IMG/VR virus record: IMGVR_UViG_3300046167_000162
Location: 1-54,256 of that record
DNA length: 54,256 nucleotides
Strand: one strand, 5' to 3'
From: a virus
Lineage: Duplodnaviria > Caudoviricetes
The translations under genes were made by a program, and so were the position numbers. The notes beneath the pieces were generated by a model. The model ran no database searches. It was given only the letters and a program-made list of their open reading frames with translations, and was not told the origin of the DNA. Shown here piece by piece: positions 10,261 through 19,115 of this stretch (the stretch's first letter is position 1; the number at the start of each line of letters is the position of its first letter).

Positions 10261-10290
10261 AGGAAGGGGCTACCGTAGCAGCCCCTACCT
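10261..10290 (-). terminator. Stem-loop after capsid gene (cUACGg tetraloop); terminator/attenuator or mRNA stabiliser
   Basis: AGGGGCTGC-TACG-GTAGCCCCT on minus strand just after MCP stop; no clear U-tract. Confidence 0.6.
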
Positions 10291-10297
10291 TTAGATC

Positions 10298-11371
10298 TTA
10301 GGCCAAGTTGTACTTAGCTGTAACCAGAGCTTCTGGTCTCAGAATCTTTCTGCCGTAAAGGTGCATACCACGCACGATGTCAGCGAAGGAGTCTGGGTCA
10401 CGGTAAGTTTCAGTCTTGTTGATTTGCTCAGCAGTTGCTACAGCAGAATCATGACCAGCTACGATAGCACCGTAGTTAGTGGACTGGGCAGCTGTACCTG
10501 TTGTTGATGCGCCTGTGCCAACGGATGGCAAGTTGTTGGACACATAAACACGGAAGCCGTTCCAGTTGTTCAAGACGAGACCGTTACGCAAACCGTTAGA
10601 GTCACCGAAGTCTGCATTCAGAAGACGTGAATCTTCGTCCATCAGGATCTCCATCATGACTGGGTCAATAACAACCCAACGGCCAGCCTTGTCAACGCTC
10701 TTCTGGTCAAGCAAACGACCCATACGTGCAATCAACATAGTCGGTGAGACATATGCTGTTGGCAGGGCTGTTGCACCTGGAAGACGAGCAGCAACTGGGA
10801 TCGAGTCACCAGCTACACCAGCAGTTGTGATGTTGCCGAAGTCAGGGCGTGACAGTTTGTTGCCAGCCAAGAGTTCGTCAGAACCAGCTGTTGTGTCAGC
10901 CTTGGTACCGTTAACAGTGTCATTGACAGTGTCAGCGTTAGTGTGCAAAGCAGACTGCTTGAAGCCAGACAAGTAACCCAATACTTCTTGGTCATGCTGG
11001 TCAGCCAAGCGGAAAGCCGCACGGTTGGTAGCAAGGTCCATGAAGTTTACATGGGAGTGGGCTTCCTCGATGTCGTCCATCTTGAAGGCAAAATAGTTAG
11101 CTTTATCAACGACTAACGAGAAATCGGCATCGGTCAAATCTTGTGCAGCAATGGTTGTACCACGTGCATAAGCAGATACGCTTACCTCTGGCTCTTTGAT
11201 AATCTTAACAGTGTCACCTTGGTTTGCAATCTCACCAAAATAATCAGAGTTAGTGATGTCACCAACAACTGTAGATTTGCGGAAAGCAAGTTGTACTTTT
11301 TTCGAGTAGATTACGGAACTGAAGTTTCCGTTTGGAAGGTTGGTATAACCTCCCGCTGATGCGAATGCCAT
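10298..11371 (-). CDS. Major capsid protein (HK97 fold, P22 coat-like)
   Basis: 357 aa; GEIANQGDTVKI, ETYRDPDSFADIVRGMHLYGRKILRPEAL; strong AGGAG RBS. Confidence 0.92.
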   Translation of the reverse strand: MAFASAGGYTNLPNGNFSSVIYSKKVQLAFRKSTVVGDITNSDYFGEIANQGDTVKIIKEPEVSVSAYARGTTIAAQDLTDADFSLVVDKANYFAFKMDDIEEAHSHVNFMDLATNRAAFRLADQHDQEVLGYLSGFKQSALHTNADTVNDTVNGTKADTTAGSDELLAGNKLSRPDFGNITTAGVAGDSIPVAARLPGATALPTAYVSPTMLIARMGRLLDQKSVDKAGRWVVIDPVMMEILMDEDSRLLNADFGDSNGLRNGLVLNNWNGFRVYVSNNLPSVGTGASTTGTAAQSTNYGAIVAGHDSAVATAEQINKTETYRDPDSFADIVRGMHLYGRKILRPEALVTAKYNLA

Positions 11372-11660
11372 TTTAATTCTCCTAGAATGTTTGGCTTGAT
11401 AAGTAAGAATCTATTAGCCCACACAAGGTGCTTAATATATGTGAGTCGAGTTATGTGTGGAGATTCCAGTTAATAAAACCTAAGTCATCTATACTAAGAG
11501 GCTGTACATTTTCTAGGGTGCGTTAGGAAGACAGTTGGCCAACCATCAGTCTAACGGGCCTATACTTACACAGGTGTTCTTGGCGTTATGTTTAAGTTTA
11601 AGGTTTGGGAAGGTTTGTACAAGAAAAGAGGTAGTCCAAAAGGAGGCTCTTTAAACTGTA
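11372..11660 (-). ncRNA. Structured ~290-nt 5' leader of capsid gene (putative cis-regulatory RNA)
   Basis: No ORF; nested stems with asymmetric internal loops at 11625-11652, 11496-11581, 11514-11562, plus hairpin 11407-11466. Confidence 0.55.
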
Positions 11661-11666
11661 CGTACT

Positions 11667-11696
11667 TAGTTATATGCAGGTAAAAGTGTTTGTCAA
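11667..11696 (-). promoter_or_regulatory. sigma70-type promoter for capsid operon
   Basis: TTGACA-N16-TATAACTA on minus strand. Confidence 0.75.
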
Positions 11697-11699
11697 CAC

Positions 11700-12641
11700 C
11701 TAACGTGCACTACCAGTAAGATCATACACGAATTTCCCTGTTCGCATAGCCTTACTAATCTCTTCTTCACGGGCTTCAAACTCTGCAGATGACATCTTAT
11801 TAACGTCTGACTCTCTAATCACTGAGCCACCTTCTGAAGGATCAACCTGTGTCCGTGAGCCTCTGCCTATAGGTTTAGCAGCTGCTTTTGTTTTAGCTTT
11901 CTTGTCTTGTGTTGTATGACCTGTATCAATCTTGTATAGATCAATAACTCTAACAACTGAGTCAGGGTCATCCATATTCTCGTAGAGTGCATCTCGTACC
12001 CACTTGGGTTGCTCTTCAGCCCACTGGTGAAATGAGTCCGATTCACGTAGCTTACTAAAGTCTGGGTGCGACTCACTGATCTTAGCCTCAGCAGTCTTGC
12101 GCTCTGCCTCATACTGGATCTCGTCTAGCTGTGACAATCTGTCTTCAGCCTTCTTGAACATCTCTTGGGCTTTCTTAGCGGCAATAGTTTCAACGATACC
12201 AGCTACGTCAGGGTACTCTCTAGCCCACTTTTCAATGTCTTCGTCTGACTTAGGGGGAACAATAGACTCTTTGCGCATTCTAGTTTCAAAGGAACTAAAC
12301 TTGTCTTCCCACTCTTTTTCTTTTTGCTGCATATGACGGCGGAGATCACCATAGCGTTTCTTAAAAGATTTTTCTTCAGCAGTTAAGTTAGAGTCATCTT
12401 CTTGTGCTTCAACTTCAGTGTTGGCTTCTTCTTGTTGGGTACTACTCGCAGCCTGTACTTCGGTTGTCTCAAGTCCCTCGCTATCGGATTCCTCTTCGAA
12501 GGTTTCACCTTTAGCCTCCGCTTCTAGTCGAGCGATCTCTTGTTCTTCTTGTTGGAGACGCTTACGTTTACGGTCATAGTTTGAACCTCGATCAACAAAA
12601 CCTGCTGACTTAGGGGATTGCATTGTTAGTAGTTCAGACAT
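11700..12641 (-). CDS. Capsid scaffolding protein
   Basis: 313 aa acidic coiled coil, FKKRYGDLRRH, HPDF, located before MCP. Confidence 0.85.
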   Translation of the reverse strand: MSELLTMQSPKSAGFVDRGSNYDRKRKRLQQEEQEIARLEAEAKGETFEEESDSEGLETTEVQAASSTQQEEANTEVEAQEDDSNLTAEEKSFKKRYGDLRRHMQQKEKEWEDKFSSFETRMRKESIVPPKSDEDIEKWAREYPDVAGIVETIAAKKAQEMFKKAEDRLSQLDEIQYEAERKTAEAKISESHPDFSKLRESDSFHQWAEEQPKWVRDALYENMDDPDSVVRVIDLYKIDTGHTTQDKKAKTKAAAKPIGRGSRTQVDPSEGGSVIRESDVNKMSSAEFEAREEEISKAMRTGKFVYDLTGSAR

Positions 12642-12658
12642 TATATCTTCCTTGTGAT

Positions 12659-12684
12659 GGGGCCAGCGGGATTGCTGGGTAGCC
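12659..12684 (-). promoter_or_regulatory. Hairpin with asymmetric internal loop upstream of scaffold RBS (putative translational operator)
   Basis: GG-CTAC-CCAGC-aatccc-GCTGG-CC-CC. Confidence 0.5.
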
Positions 12685-12714
12685 TTATTGTTTATTTGGA
12701 ATGCCTAGATGGGT

Positions 12715-12972
12715 TTACCGTGAGCCTAGGCCAGCACGTCTTATTGGTTGTTCCATTGGTTCTTGAGGTGGAGTAGGCGCTACCGTGGGTTCTGCTGGGG
12801 CTTCTCTTGGGAAGATAACAGAAAACATCTCACCCATCTCAGGTCCAAAGATCTTATCGAGAGGAGCAGCAAAAGGAGTGTTGGGTATGGTCTTAAGAAC
12901 CTCCTTCTCCTCTTCAGGCAGGCTTTGGTATCTTGAGAATATCTCTTCAAGGTAACTCGTGATTGGGTCCAT
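12715..12972 (-). CDS. Hypothetical protein
   Basis: 85 aa, AAGGA RBS, ends in GLGSR. Confidence 0.65.
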   Translation of the reverse strand: MDPITSYLEEIFSRYQSLPEEEKEVLKTIPNTPFAAPLDKIFGPEMGEMFSVIFPREAPAEPTVAPTPPQEPMEQPIRRAGLGSR

Positions 12973-13007
12973 TAGATTAAGTCCTTTTTAAAGTTAGTAA
13001 TCATACC

Positions 13008-16000
13008 TTAGACTACCTCACCGTTTTCTCTGATGAACTCAGCCTCACCGCCTAAAACGTCAAAGAGCTTCATCCAGAAGTTTTTAACTGGGGTAAAGAC
13101 GACACCGTGTCTATTTTCACCGTAGTAGTACTTACCGTAAGATACGAGTGGATCAGCAAAGGTTTTAGTAACAACCCACTTTACTATCTTAGACTTACGC
13201 ATTAGAGGCACTAAGACTTCTGCGAGTTTGTAATAGCCACGTCTATTGCGGTCTGTCATGTACTCGTCTCTGTACCTACGGACTACCTCATCCATTGTTC
13301 CGTTGCCGTATCGTGCTTCCAACATTATAAAGCAACAACCATCGCCAGAAGAGGAGGACGAAGAGGTAGAGGAGGAAGTGTCGTTACTGCCTGTAGCATT
13401 TTCGTTGACACCCGTGTAGGTTCTAGTAAGGTAGTTACCGTTTTCTGATTTTTTCCACTCAAAGCCGTCACCAGCGTACTGACCACCAGAGGTCACAGCA
13501 CCTACAGTTGTTGTGTCATTACCACTACTATCCTTTATGACAGAGGGGTTTGTATCAACCACAACAGACCGACCAGTAGTGGTGGTAACAGTATCTTTCT
13601 TAGGGGCTTTCCAAGGTTGGTTTGTTTTATCGTCAACAAGCTCTCCACCAACGTAAGATCGTCCATCGTTAGGGGTTAAGTTGTTAGCTAACTCCATGTA
13701 CGCAGTGTTTGTACCCTCGGGGTTATAGGCAATGCTGGCTTTCCTAGGCTCACCCGTCTTAGGGTCTGTTTTAACAGAGGTAACTTTAGGGTCCGTGACA
13801 GCAGTGGACTTTGGATCTGTAAGGGATTCAGGTCTGAGCTTAGGTCTAACTGAACTCTTAACAGACGTGTCTACCCGTTTAATAATACCCGAATCGTCAA
13901 TTGTTGCACCAGCATAACCAGGGCTATTCGCCAGAAGGTAATCATTTACATTACTTTTACCTACGTCATTGAGGTCATCATTGTAGATATACGGTACAGA
14001 CTCATCAGCATTTATATTTGTTATAGCCTCAAGAGCGTTATTGAAACGTTGAGTACCCTTCGCAAGGACACTATCTAGAGTTGTAACAATACCTGGTGCG
14101 TCCTTAAGGTAGTTATCTATTTCTTTTTGGATGGCAGCGGAGGATTCAGTATCCCCTAAAAAATCTGCCATATTCTTGTTAGCATTTGCTTTTGAGATTG
14201 CGGATAGTTGACTAACACCACTTGCTACACCAGCGAGTAAACCTAGACCTGGAGCTACTGCCCCAAGGAATGTTCCTGCACCTTTTGATACTTTGAAACC
14301 ACTCTCAAGGGCAGCCTTAGCTCCCTCAACGGTATCCTGTACATTAACACCACTGTCCTCGTACATAGCCTTGACACCTTCAGGAGTATCTGGGTTAACC
14401 TTTGTTTTAATGTCTACCTTAAAGTCTTCGTCATCAGTGTCATCAGCTGAAACTGTGGCACCCTCAGTCGATACACCACCAGTACTGTCTACTCCAGAGT
14501 CTGCAACACCAAAGTTAAGCTTTTGCCTATTTTCTGGTGTGTCCTCAACAAACTCGTTAAAGTCTGCTGGTACTGAGCTAATAGGTTTACCACCAAGCAT
14601 TAGAACTGAAAGTCTCCTACCGTCCTTATGAATGTAGAAGACGGTCTTCATAACCTTATCATTGCCGTCAGTCTTCGGCATAGAAGAAATGGGGGATGAG
14701 ACTACAGGAATGTTTGTTGTAGCTGGTCCACCTGGACCCTCTGACACACCGTAAACACCAGTACCACCAGTAAGAGCAGGAGGAACCATTGGGCCTCGTG
14801 TCGTGGGTAAAGGACTAATAGCACTCGGTTGAATTGGGTTTCCGAATGGATCAAGTGCAGGTTTAATGTCACCACCGTCAGCCATACCAATGGGTTTATT
14901 GTATTCTGTCTGCTGAGGTAAGTCAAGAGGCATTTGCTCAGGCATTGGTTTTGGCTGTTCAAGGGAGGGCATTGTCTGTTGGTTAACCATACCGCCTTGG
15001 AACATACCCATAGTTTCTGGATCGGAAGCCATAACCTCTTGGAGCAATGCCATCTCGTCTTCTGTTAGATCGTCTTCACCTTCTGGGACTGGCTCACCAC
15101 CAATGCGCCCATTAGCTTCCATGTCAGAAAGTTCGACCTTGGCTTGTTCTCTTAGATCCTCAAAGAACTTAACCCCATAGAATCGAGTAACATCCGCTGG
15201 AACAACGTACTCACCTTCAGACAGCATAGCAGGGATATCATCTCGAACTTCCTTAGGGGTTGAACCTGGTGGTACTTCATTCCCTGACACTGGGTCAATC
15301 TCTTCAACAGACCCACCGAAAGCCATCTCCATTTGTTTTCCCATTACTGCTCCGCCTTTTTTAAATTTGAATCTCACATCACTAGGAATGTCCACACCCG
15401 ACTGAGTTGCGAGAGGGGCAGGAGCTTCTGCTTTCTTCCAGTACTCCACACCTTTAGCGTACACACGATCACCGATAACTGTTGCCTCTTCAGCACCTTT
15501 AACAGCCTGTCCTGTCTTCAAATCAATAAACAAATGATGAGCACCTGGGTTTAAGCCGATCTCGACTAGATCACCACCTTCATCAAGTAGGTTTTTATTT
15601 GGTACATAGTCCCCATCAACCGACATAGCAGGGTATTTGCTTTTAGCCTCTGGTGTATCAATTTGTTTGATACGTGAGGCGATAGCAGTCCGTCCCTTTT
15701 GACTAACATTGAAGGTAACATTTCGAACAGTAGCAAAAGGTAAGTACGACATAGCCGTACCACTGAAAGAGCCTTTATGAAGTGTTTGTAGTTTATCTAA
15801 ACCTTTAGGCATGTCTGGGATAGTAGAGTTTAGATTTAGACGGACACCTACCCTAGTTCCTTCAGGAACTGCAGCGTTCATAAGAGCATTTGCTCTGGTG
15901 TTACCTGCAGTAGCATTCTTTGCTTTCTCTGCCATTCCAGAAGCGGTATTTGCATCATATCCTTTTAGAAACTTGCCGTCCTGCAATGCTTCATTAAAAC

Positions 16001-16790
16001 CAATCTCTAGAGGTTCAGCCGCTTTTTTCTTGATAGCACCCACACCAAAGGAAGACATGGAGTTAGGATCAATCTCATACTGCTTGGCCTTGTTAGATAA
16101 AGCCTTAACACCTTTAATACCGTACTTAGTGGCAAGACCACCCATGAGCCACATAGCGCCTTCAGTTGCTGCTGATGTGCCAGCTTTGCTTAGCTCTGAC
16201 TGGATGTAGTCGTAGTCACGCTCTTCCTCAGGTTTAGTGTACTCGTCAATGACGTTGACCATGTTACTGCCAGCATCATAGAACGGAACCAACCACTCGC
16301 CAGCATTATCTAGGCCAGCTATTAGCTCTTCCTCAGATACGTTCTCTTTTAGGTACGATCCAAAACCTGCAAAGTCAAAGGGACCATCACCTCTAAACCC
16401 TGGTCTACGGGAAGTTGCTGCCTTAACTCTAGCGTCTTTAGCTTCTTGCGTCTCTTCTAAAGGAGGTGTTGCTAAACCCAAAGCCTCTTCAGTTTGTTGG
16501 GCTAGGCCACCTTCGTTGAATTTTAAAGACTCACTTCTTTCTACAGCAGCTTTTATAGCATCTTTTTTATTTTTATGAGTACTTGTAGGCTCTATCACTT
16601 CAGCGTCTAACATCATCTTAAGAGTGTCATCGTCATAAGAGCGACCATCAAAAATAGTAGGTACGTTGATCCACTCACCTTTATACTTAAAGGTAGTAGA
16701 CTTTTCAGAGACCATTTCTCCCTCAGACGTTTCGTATACGTCACGACCAACCTGAGTTCTTTTACCTGTTCTCTTACCCACTTCAGCCAT
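13008..16790 (-). CDS. Large mosaic virion-associated protein with C-terminal CFI-box-CTERM-like domain
   Basis: 1260 aa between portal and scaffold; DDIPAMLSEGEYVVPA motif; Ser linker then GCCFIMLEARYG...VRRYRDE...YYKLA. Confidence 0.7.
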   Translation of the reverse strand: MAEVGKRTGKRTQVGRDVYETSEGEMVSEKSTTFKYKGEWINVPTIFDGRSYDDDTLKMMLDAEVIEPTSTHKNKKDAIKAAVERSESLKFNEGGLAQQTEEALGLATPPLEETQEAKDARVKAATSRRPGFRGDGPFDFAGFGSYLKENVSEEELIAGLDNAGEWLVPFYDAGSNMVNVIDEYTKPEEERDYDYIQSELSKAGTSAATEGAMWLMGGLATKYGIKGVKALSNKAKQYEIDPNSMSSFGVGAIKKKAAEPLEIGFNEALQDGKFLKGYDANTASGMAEKAKNATAGNTRANALMNAAVPEGTRVGVRLNLNSTIPDMPKGLDKLQTLHKGSFSGTAMSYLPFATVRNVTFNVSQKGRTAIASRIKQIDTPEAKSKYPAMSVDGDYVPNKNLLDEGGDLVEIGLNPGAHHLFIDLKTGQAVKGAEEATVIGDRVYAKGVEYWKKAEAPAPLATQSGVDIPSDVRFKFKKGGAVMGKQMEMAFGGSVEEIDPVSGNEVPPGSTPKEVRDDIPAMLSEGEYVVPADVTRFYGVKFFEDLREQAKVELSDMEANGRIGGEPVPEGEDDLTEDEMALLQEVMASDPETMGMFQGGMVNQQTMPSLEQPKPMPEQMPLDLPQQTEYNKPIGMADGGDIKPALDPFGNPIQPSAISPLPTTRGPMVPPALTGGTGVYGVSEGPGGPATTNIPVVSSPISSMPKTDGNDKVMKTVFYIHKDGRRLSVLMLGGKPISSVPADFNEFVEDTPENRQKLNFGVADSGVDSTGGVSTEGATVSADDTDDEDFKVDIKTKVNPDTPEGVKAMYEDSGVNVQDTVEGAKAALESGFKVSKGAGTFLGAVAPGLGLLAGVASGVSQLSAISKANANKNMADFLGDTESSAAIQKEIDNYLKDAPGIVTTLDSVLAKGTQRFNNALEAITNINADESVPYIYNDDLNDVGKSNVNDYLLANSPGYAGATIDDSGIIKRVDTSVKSSVRPKLRPESLTDPKSTAVTDPKVTSVKTDPKTGEPRKASIAYNPEGTNTAYMELANNLTPNDGRSYVGGELVDDKTNQPWKAPKKDTVTTTTGRSVVVDTNPSVIKDSSGNDTTTVGAVTSGGQYAGDGFEWKKSENGNYLTRTYTGVNENATGSNDTSSSTSSSSSSGDGCCFIMLEARYGNGTMDEVVRRYRDEYMTDRNRRGYYKLAEVLVPLMRKSKIVKWVVTKTFADPLVSYGKYYYGENRHGVVFTPVKNFWMKLFDVLGGEAEFIRENGEVV

Positions 16791-16974
16791 TAACTTTATC
16801 CCTTAAGAATTTAAACTTGTTCAAGCAAGCAGCCTGACCCTGAAGCCTCAGGAAGTCGTTAGTGTCTGTAGCTTGTTCCATCTGCCTGTGGACATCGTTG
16901 AGTCTGTCTTGGATCTCTTGGAGGAATGATTCCCACAAAGCTTTATCATTAACTAGAGGCTTCAGGTTGTGCAT
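16783..16974 (-). CDS. Small conserved protein after portal
   Basis: 63 aa, RLQG motif; overlaps both neighbours. Confidence 0.7.
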   Translation of the reverse strand: MHNLKPLVNDKALWESFLQEIQDRLNDVHRQMEQATDTNDFLRLQGQAACLNKFKFLRDKVNG

Positions 16975-19106
16975 TAAGCTGCCCCCTGTTGCCCAGTGTT
17001 ACCTGAGAAGCCCTGTTCTCCTGGCTGAGGGGCTGTTCCTGTTCCGATGTTGCCACCCCCTGCCCCAGAGGTATCCTGTACTCCAGGGGCCGCTCCTTGG
17101 CCCTGAGGCTGTTGTACACCTTCTTGGGGTTGTGGTTGAGGCTCAGGGTTCTGTGCTTGGAACTCTTTTAGTAACTCAGCTTGCAGTCTTGCGTCAGCCA
17201 TAGAGTTGACTACCTTATCAGGATCAAGGTCCATAGATTTAGCGATCTCACGGATGATGTAGTCCATCTTAGAGAAAGGAGCCAACGCAGGGTTCTGAGC
17301 AATCTGTAGGAACTGCATAAGACGCTGACTACGTACTTCATTAGCCATCAGGCTCTCAGTACCTTGGGCCTTAACCTCTAGGTCACCCTTAATCTCTTTG
17401 TCAAAGTCAAACTGCATATTAAAGTTAAAGAAAGCTTTGCCAAGAGGTGACAAGAGGTAGTCATCTACGTTCTTAACCACATTACGAATAGAACCGTTAG
17501 CAGCAGACATAAGCATACTAATGCCGCTTGCAGTCCTACCAACACCGCTAACCCCTGTTTGACCATGAGCAAAAGACGGGAACCCTGTCGATTCATCTGC
17601 TAACACCCTCGCTTTATCAAAAAGCTGCATATTCTCGTTAGAAACGTTAGGGAACTTGGTGCCAAACAAGGCTTGACCAGGTGCACCCCCTTGTCTTCTA
17701 AAGACTTTCCCAGGGTACACTGACATGTCTTGACCTGGTACTAGGTTTGTTTCGTCTACTTCAATGATCAAGTTACCGGATAGAGCAGCATTATCCACAG
17801 CCATTCTCATAAAACCGTTCATAAGGGTCTGTGTATCGTCCATGTTCTCAGCAATACCTACGCCGAAGAAGCTGTAAGGGTTCACCTCATAGGGAACTGC
17901 GTAGTAGGGGAGGTAGGACGGTGTAAATGGATTAAGGACAAGACGTAGTACCTGACCATTACACACCCAGATGTTCACAGACACTTGGTCTACATCTTCC
18001 ATATCTTCTGGGATGTCTACATTCTGGTCCTTAAGCATCTCGGTATCTACGTAACCCCAGAACTCCAAGACTTCGAAGCGTTCACTGCGAGTCTCTTGTT
18101 CGTCATCCTCCATGGCCTGTTCCCACCACTCTTTAGTGTAGGACTCACCCATAGTGATTGCTGTGTCGATAGCATTAGAACGGAAGAAAGGTCTCTTCTT
18201 TAAGGCACGTAGTTGTGTGCGAGACATCTTGTGTCGTTCTACGATAAACTCTGCGTCATCCATGTTAGATGCGTCTGGATCGGGGTAGAAGTTCCAGATA
18301 GAAACAGAAGAGCACCTTGGCATAGTCTTAATAAGAGGTGTGTACTCCCCTTCTTCAGACCAGTTAGGGTACTCTTTATCGACTGCAAACGGACCTTTCA
18401 TGATACCTGTTCCAAACAGAGCACACTCAAAGGCTGCAGTACGTAGTTCTTTCCTAGCGTTTGATTCCTCAAGCTGATCGTGGATCTTCTTTTCCATTTT
18501 CTTAGCAGCAATCATAGCTGGGTGGAAAGTGATCTGCGATGGAGACTCTGCTTCACCCTCTTTAAGGTCTTCCTGTACAGGTGCAAGTTTAGTCTTAAGG
18601 CCAGCTAGTCTCTCTCTAAAATCAACAAGAGTTTCTCCAGGTTCAATGGCTGGTGCCGCTCCGTAGTCAGCCTCAGGAACTTGCTGTTCATTCATCTTCT
18701 TGATAGTATCTTCAGTCTCAAGGTGAACAGCTTCTGTCACACCCTCAGGAAGGACTGTGGGATCAATGCTAATTGGGAACTTGTTGGCTCCAAAGAGTAC
18801 TTCTACAATCTGACCGTAGGCTGCAAGAACCTTGGTCTTAGTTACTTTAACAAATACTTTAGACTTCTCAGAAGAAGTAAACTGTACGTCTGGTCCGTAG
18901 ATGCCTCGGTAGTTCCGGTAGGCTCTAATCCAGCGTTGTTCTTCTCCGTGCCTAGCTGTTTCAGCTTTGTCAAAACGTTGTTGAACATAACCAACAATGG
19001 TACCTACTGAAGGGTCAGTACCCATTTCTTCTTCTGAGTCTTCGATGTAAGATACTTCAGCGTCTTCCATGTAGACTTCTTCAGCCAAGATGTCATCTTC
19101 TTCCAT
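16974..19106 (-). CDS. Portal protein
   Basis: 710 aa, P22-like size; follows TerL; FYPDP, FFGVGIAE, RTASGISML. Confidence 0.88.
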   Translation of the reverse strand: MEEDDILAEEVYMEDAEVSYIEDSEEEMGTDPSVGTIVGYVQQRFDKAETARHGEEQRWIRAYRNYRGIYGPDVQFTSSEKSKVFVKVTKTKVLAAYGQIVEVLFGANKFPISIDPTVLPEGVTEAVHLETEDTIKKMNEQQVPEADYGAAPAIEPGETLVDFRERLAGLKTKLAPVQEDLKEGEAESPSQITFHPAMIAAKKMEKKIHDQLEESNARKELRTAAFECALFGTGIMKGPFAVDKEYPNWSEEGEYTPLIKTMPRCSSVSIWNFYPDPDASNMDDAEFIVERHKMSRTQLRALKKRPFFRSNAIDTAITMGESYTKEWWEQAMEDDEQETRSERFEVLEFWGYVDTEMLKDQNVDIPEDMEDVDQVSVNIWVCNGQVLRLVLNPFTPSYLPYYAVPYEVNPYSFFGVGIAENMDDTQTLMNGFMRMAVDNAALSGNLIIEVDETNLVPGQDMSVYPGKVFRRQGGAPGQALFGTKFPNVSNENMQLFDKARVLADESTGFPSFAHGQTGVSGVGRTASGISMLMSAANGSIRNVVKNVDDYLLSPLGKAFFNFNMQFDFDKEIKGDLEVKAQGTESLMANEVRSQRLMQFLQIAQNPALAPFSKMDYIIREIAKSMDLDPDKVVNSMADARLQAELLKEFQAQNPEPQPQPQEGVQQPQGQGAAPGVQDTSGAGGGNIGTGTAPQPGEQGFSGNTGQQGAA

Positions 19107-19115
19107 AATTGTTCC

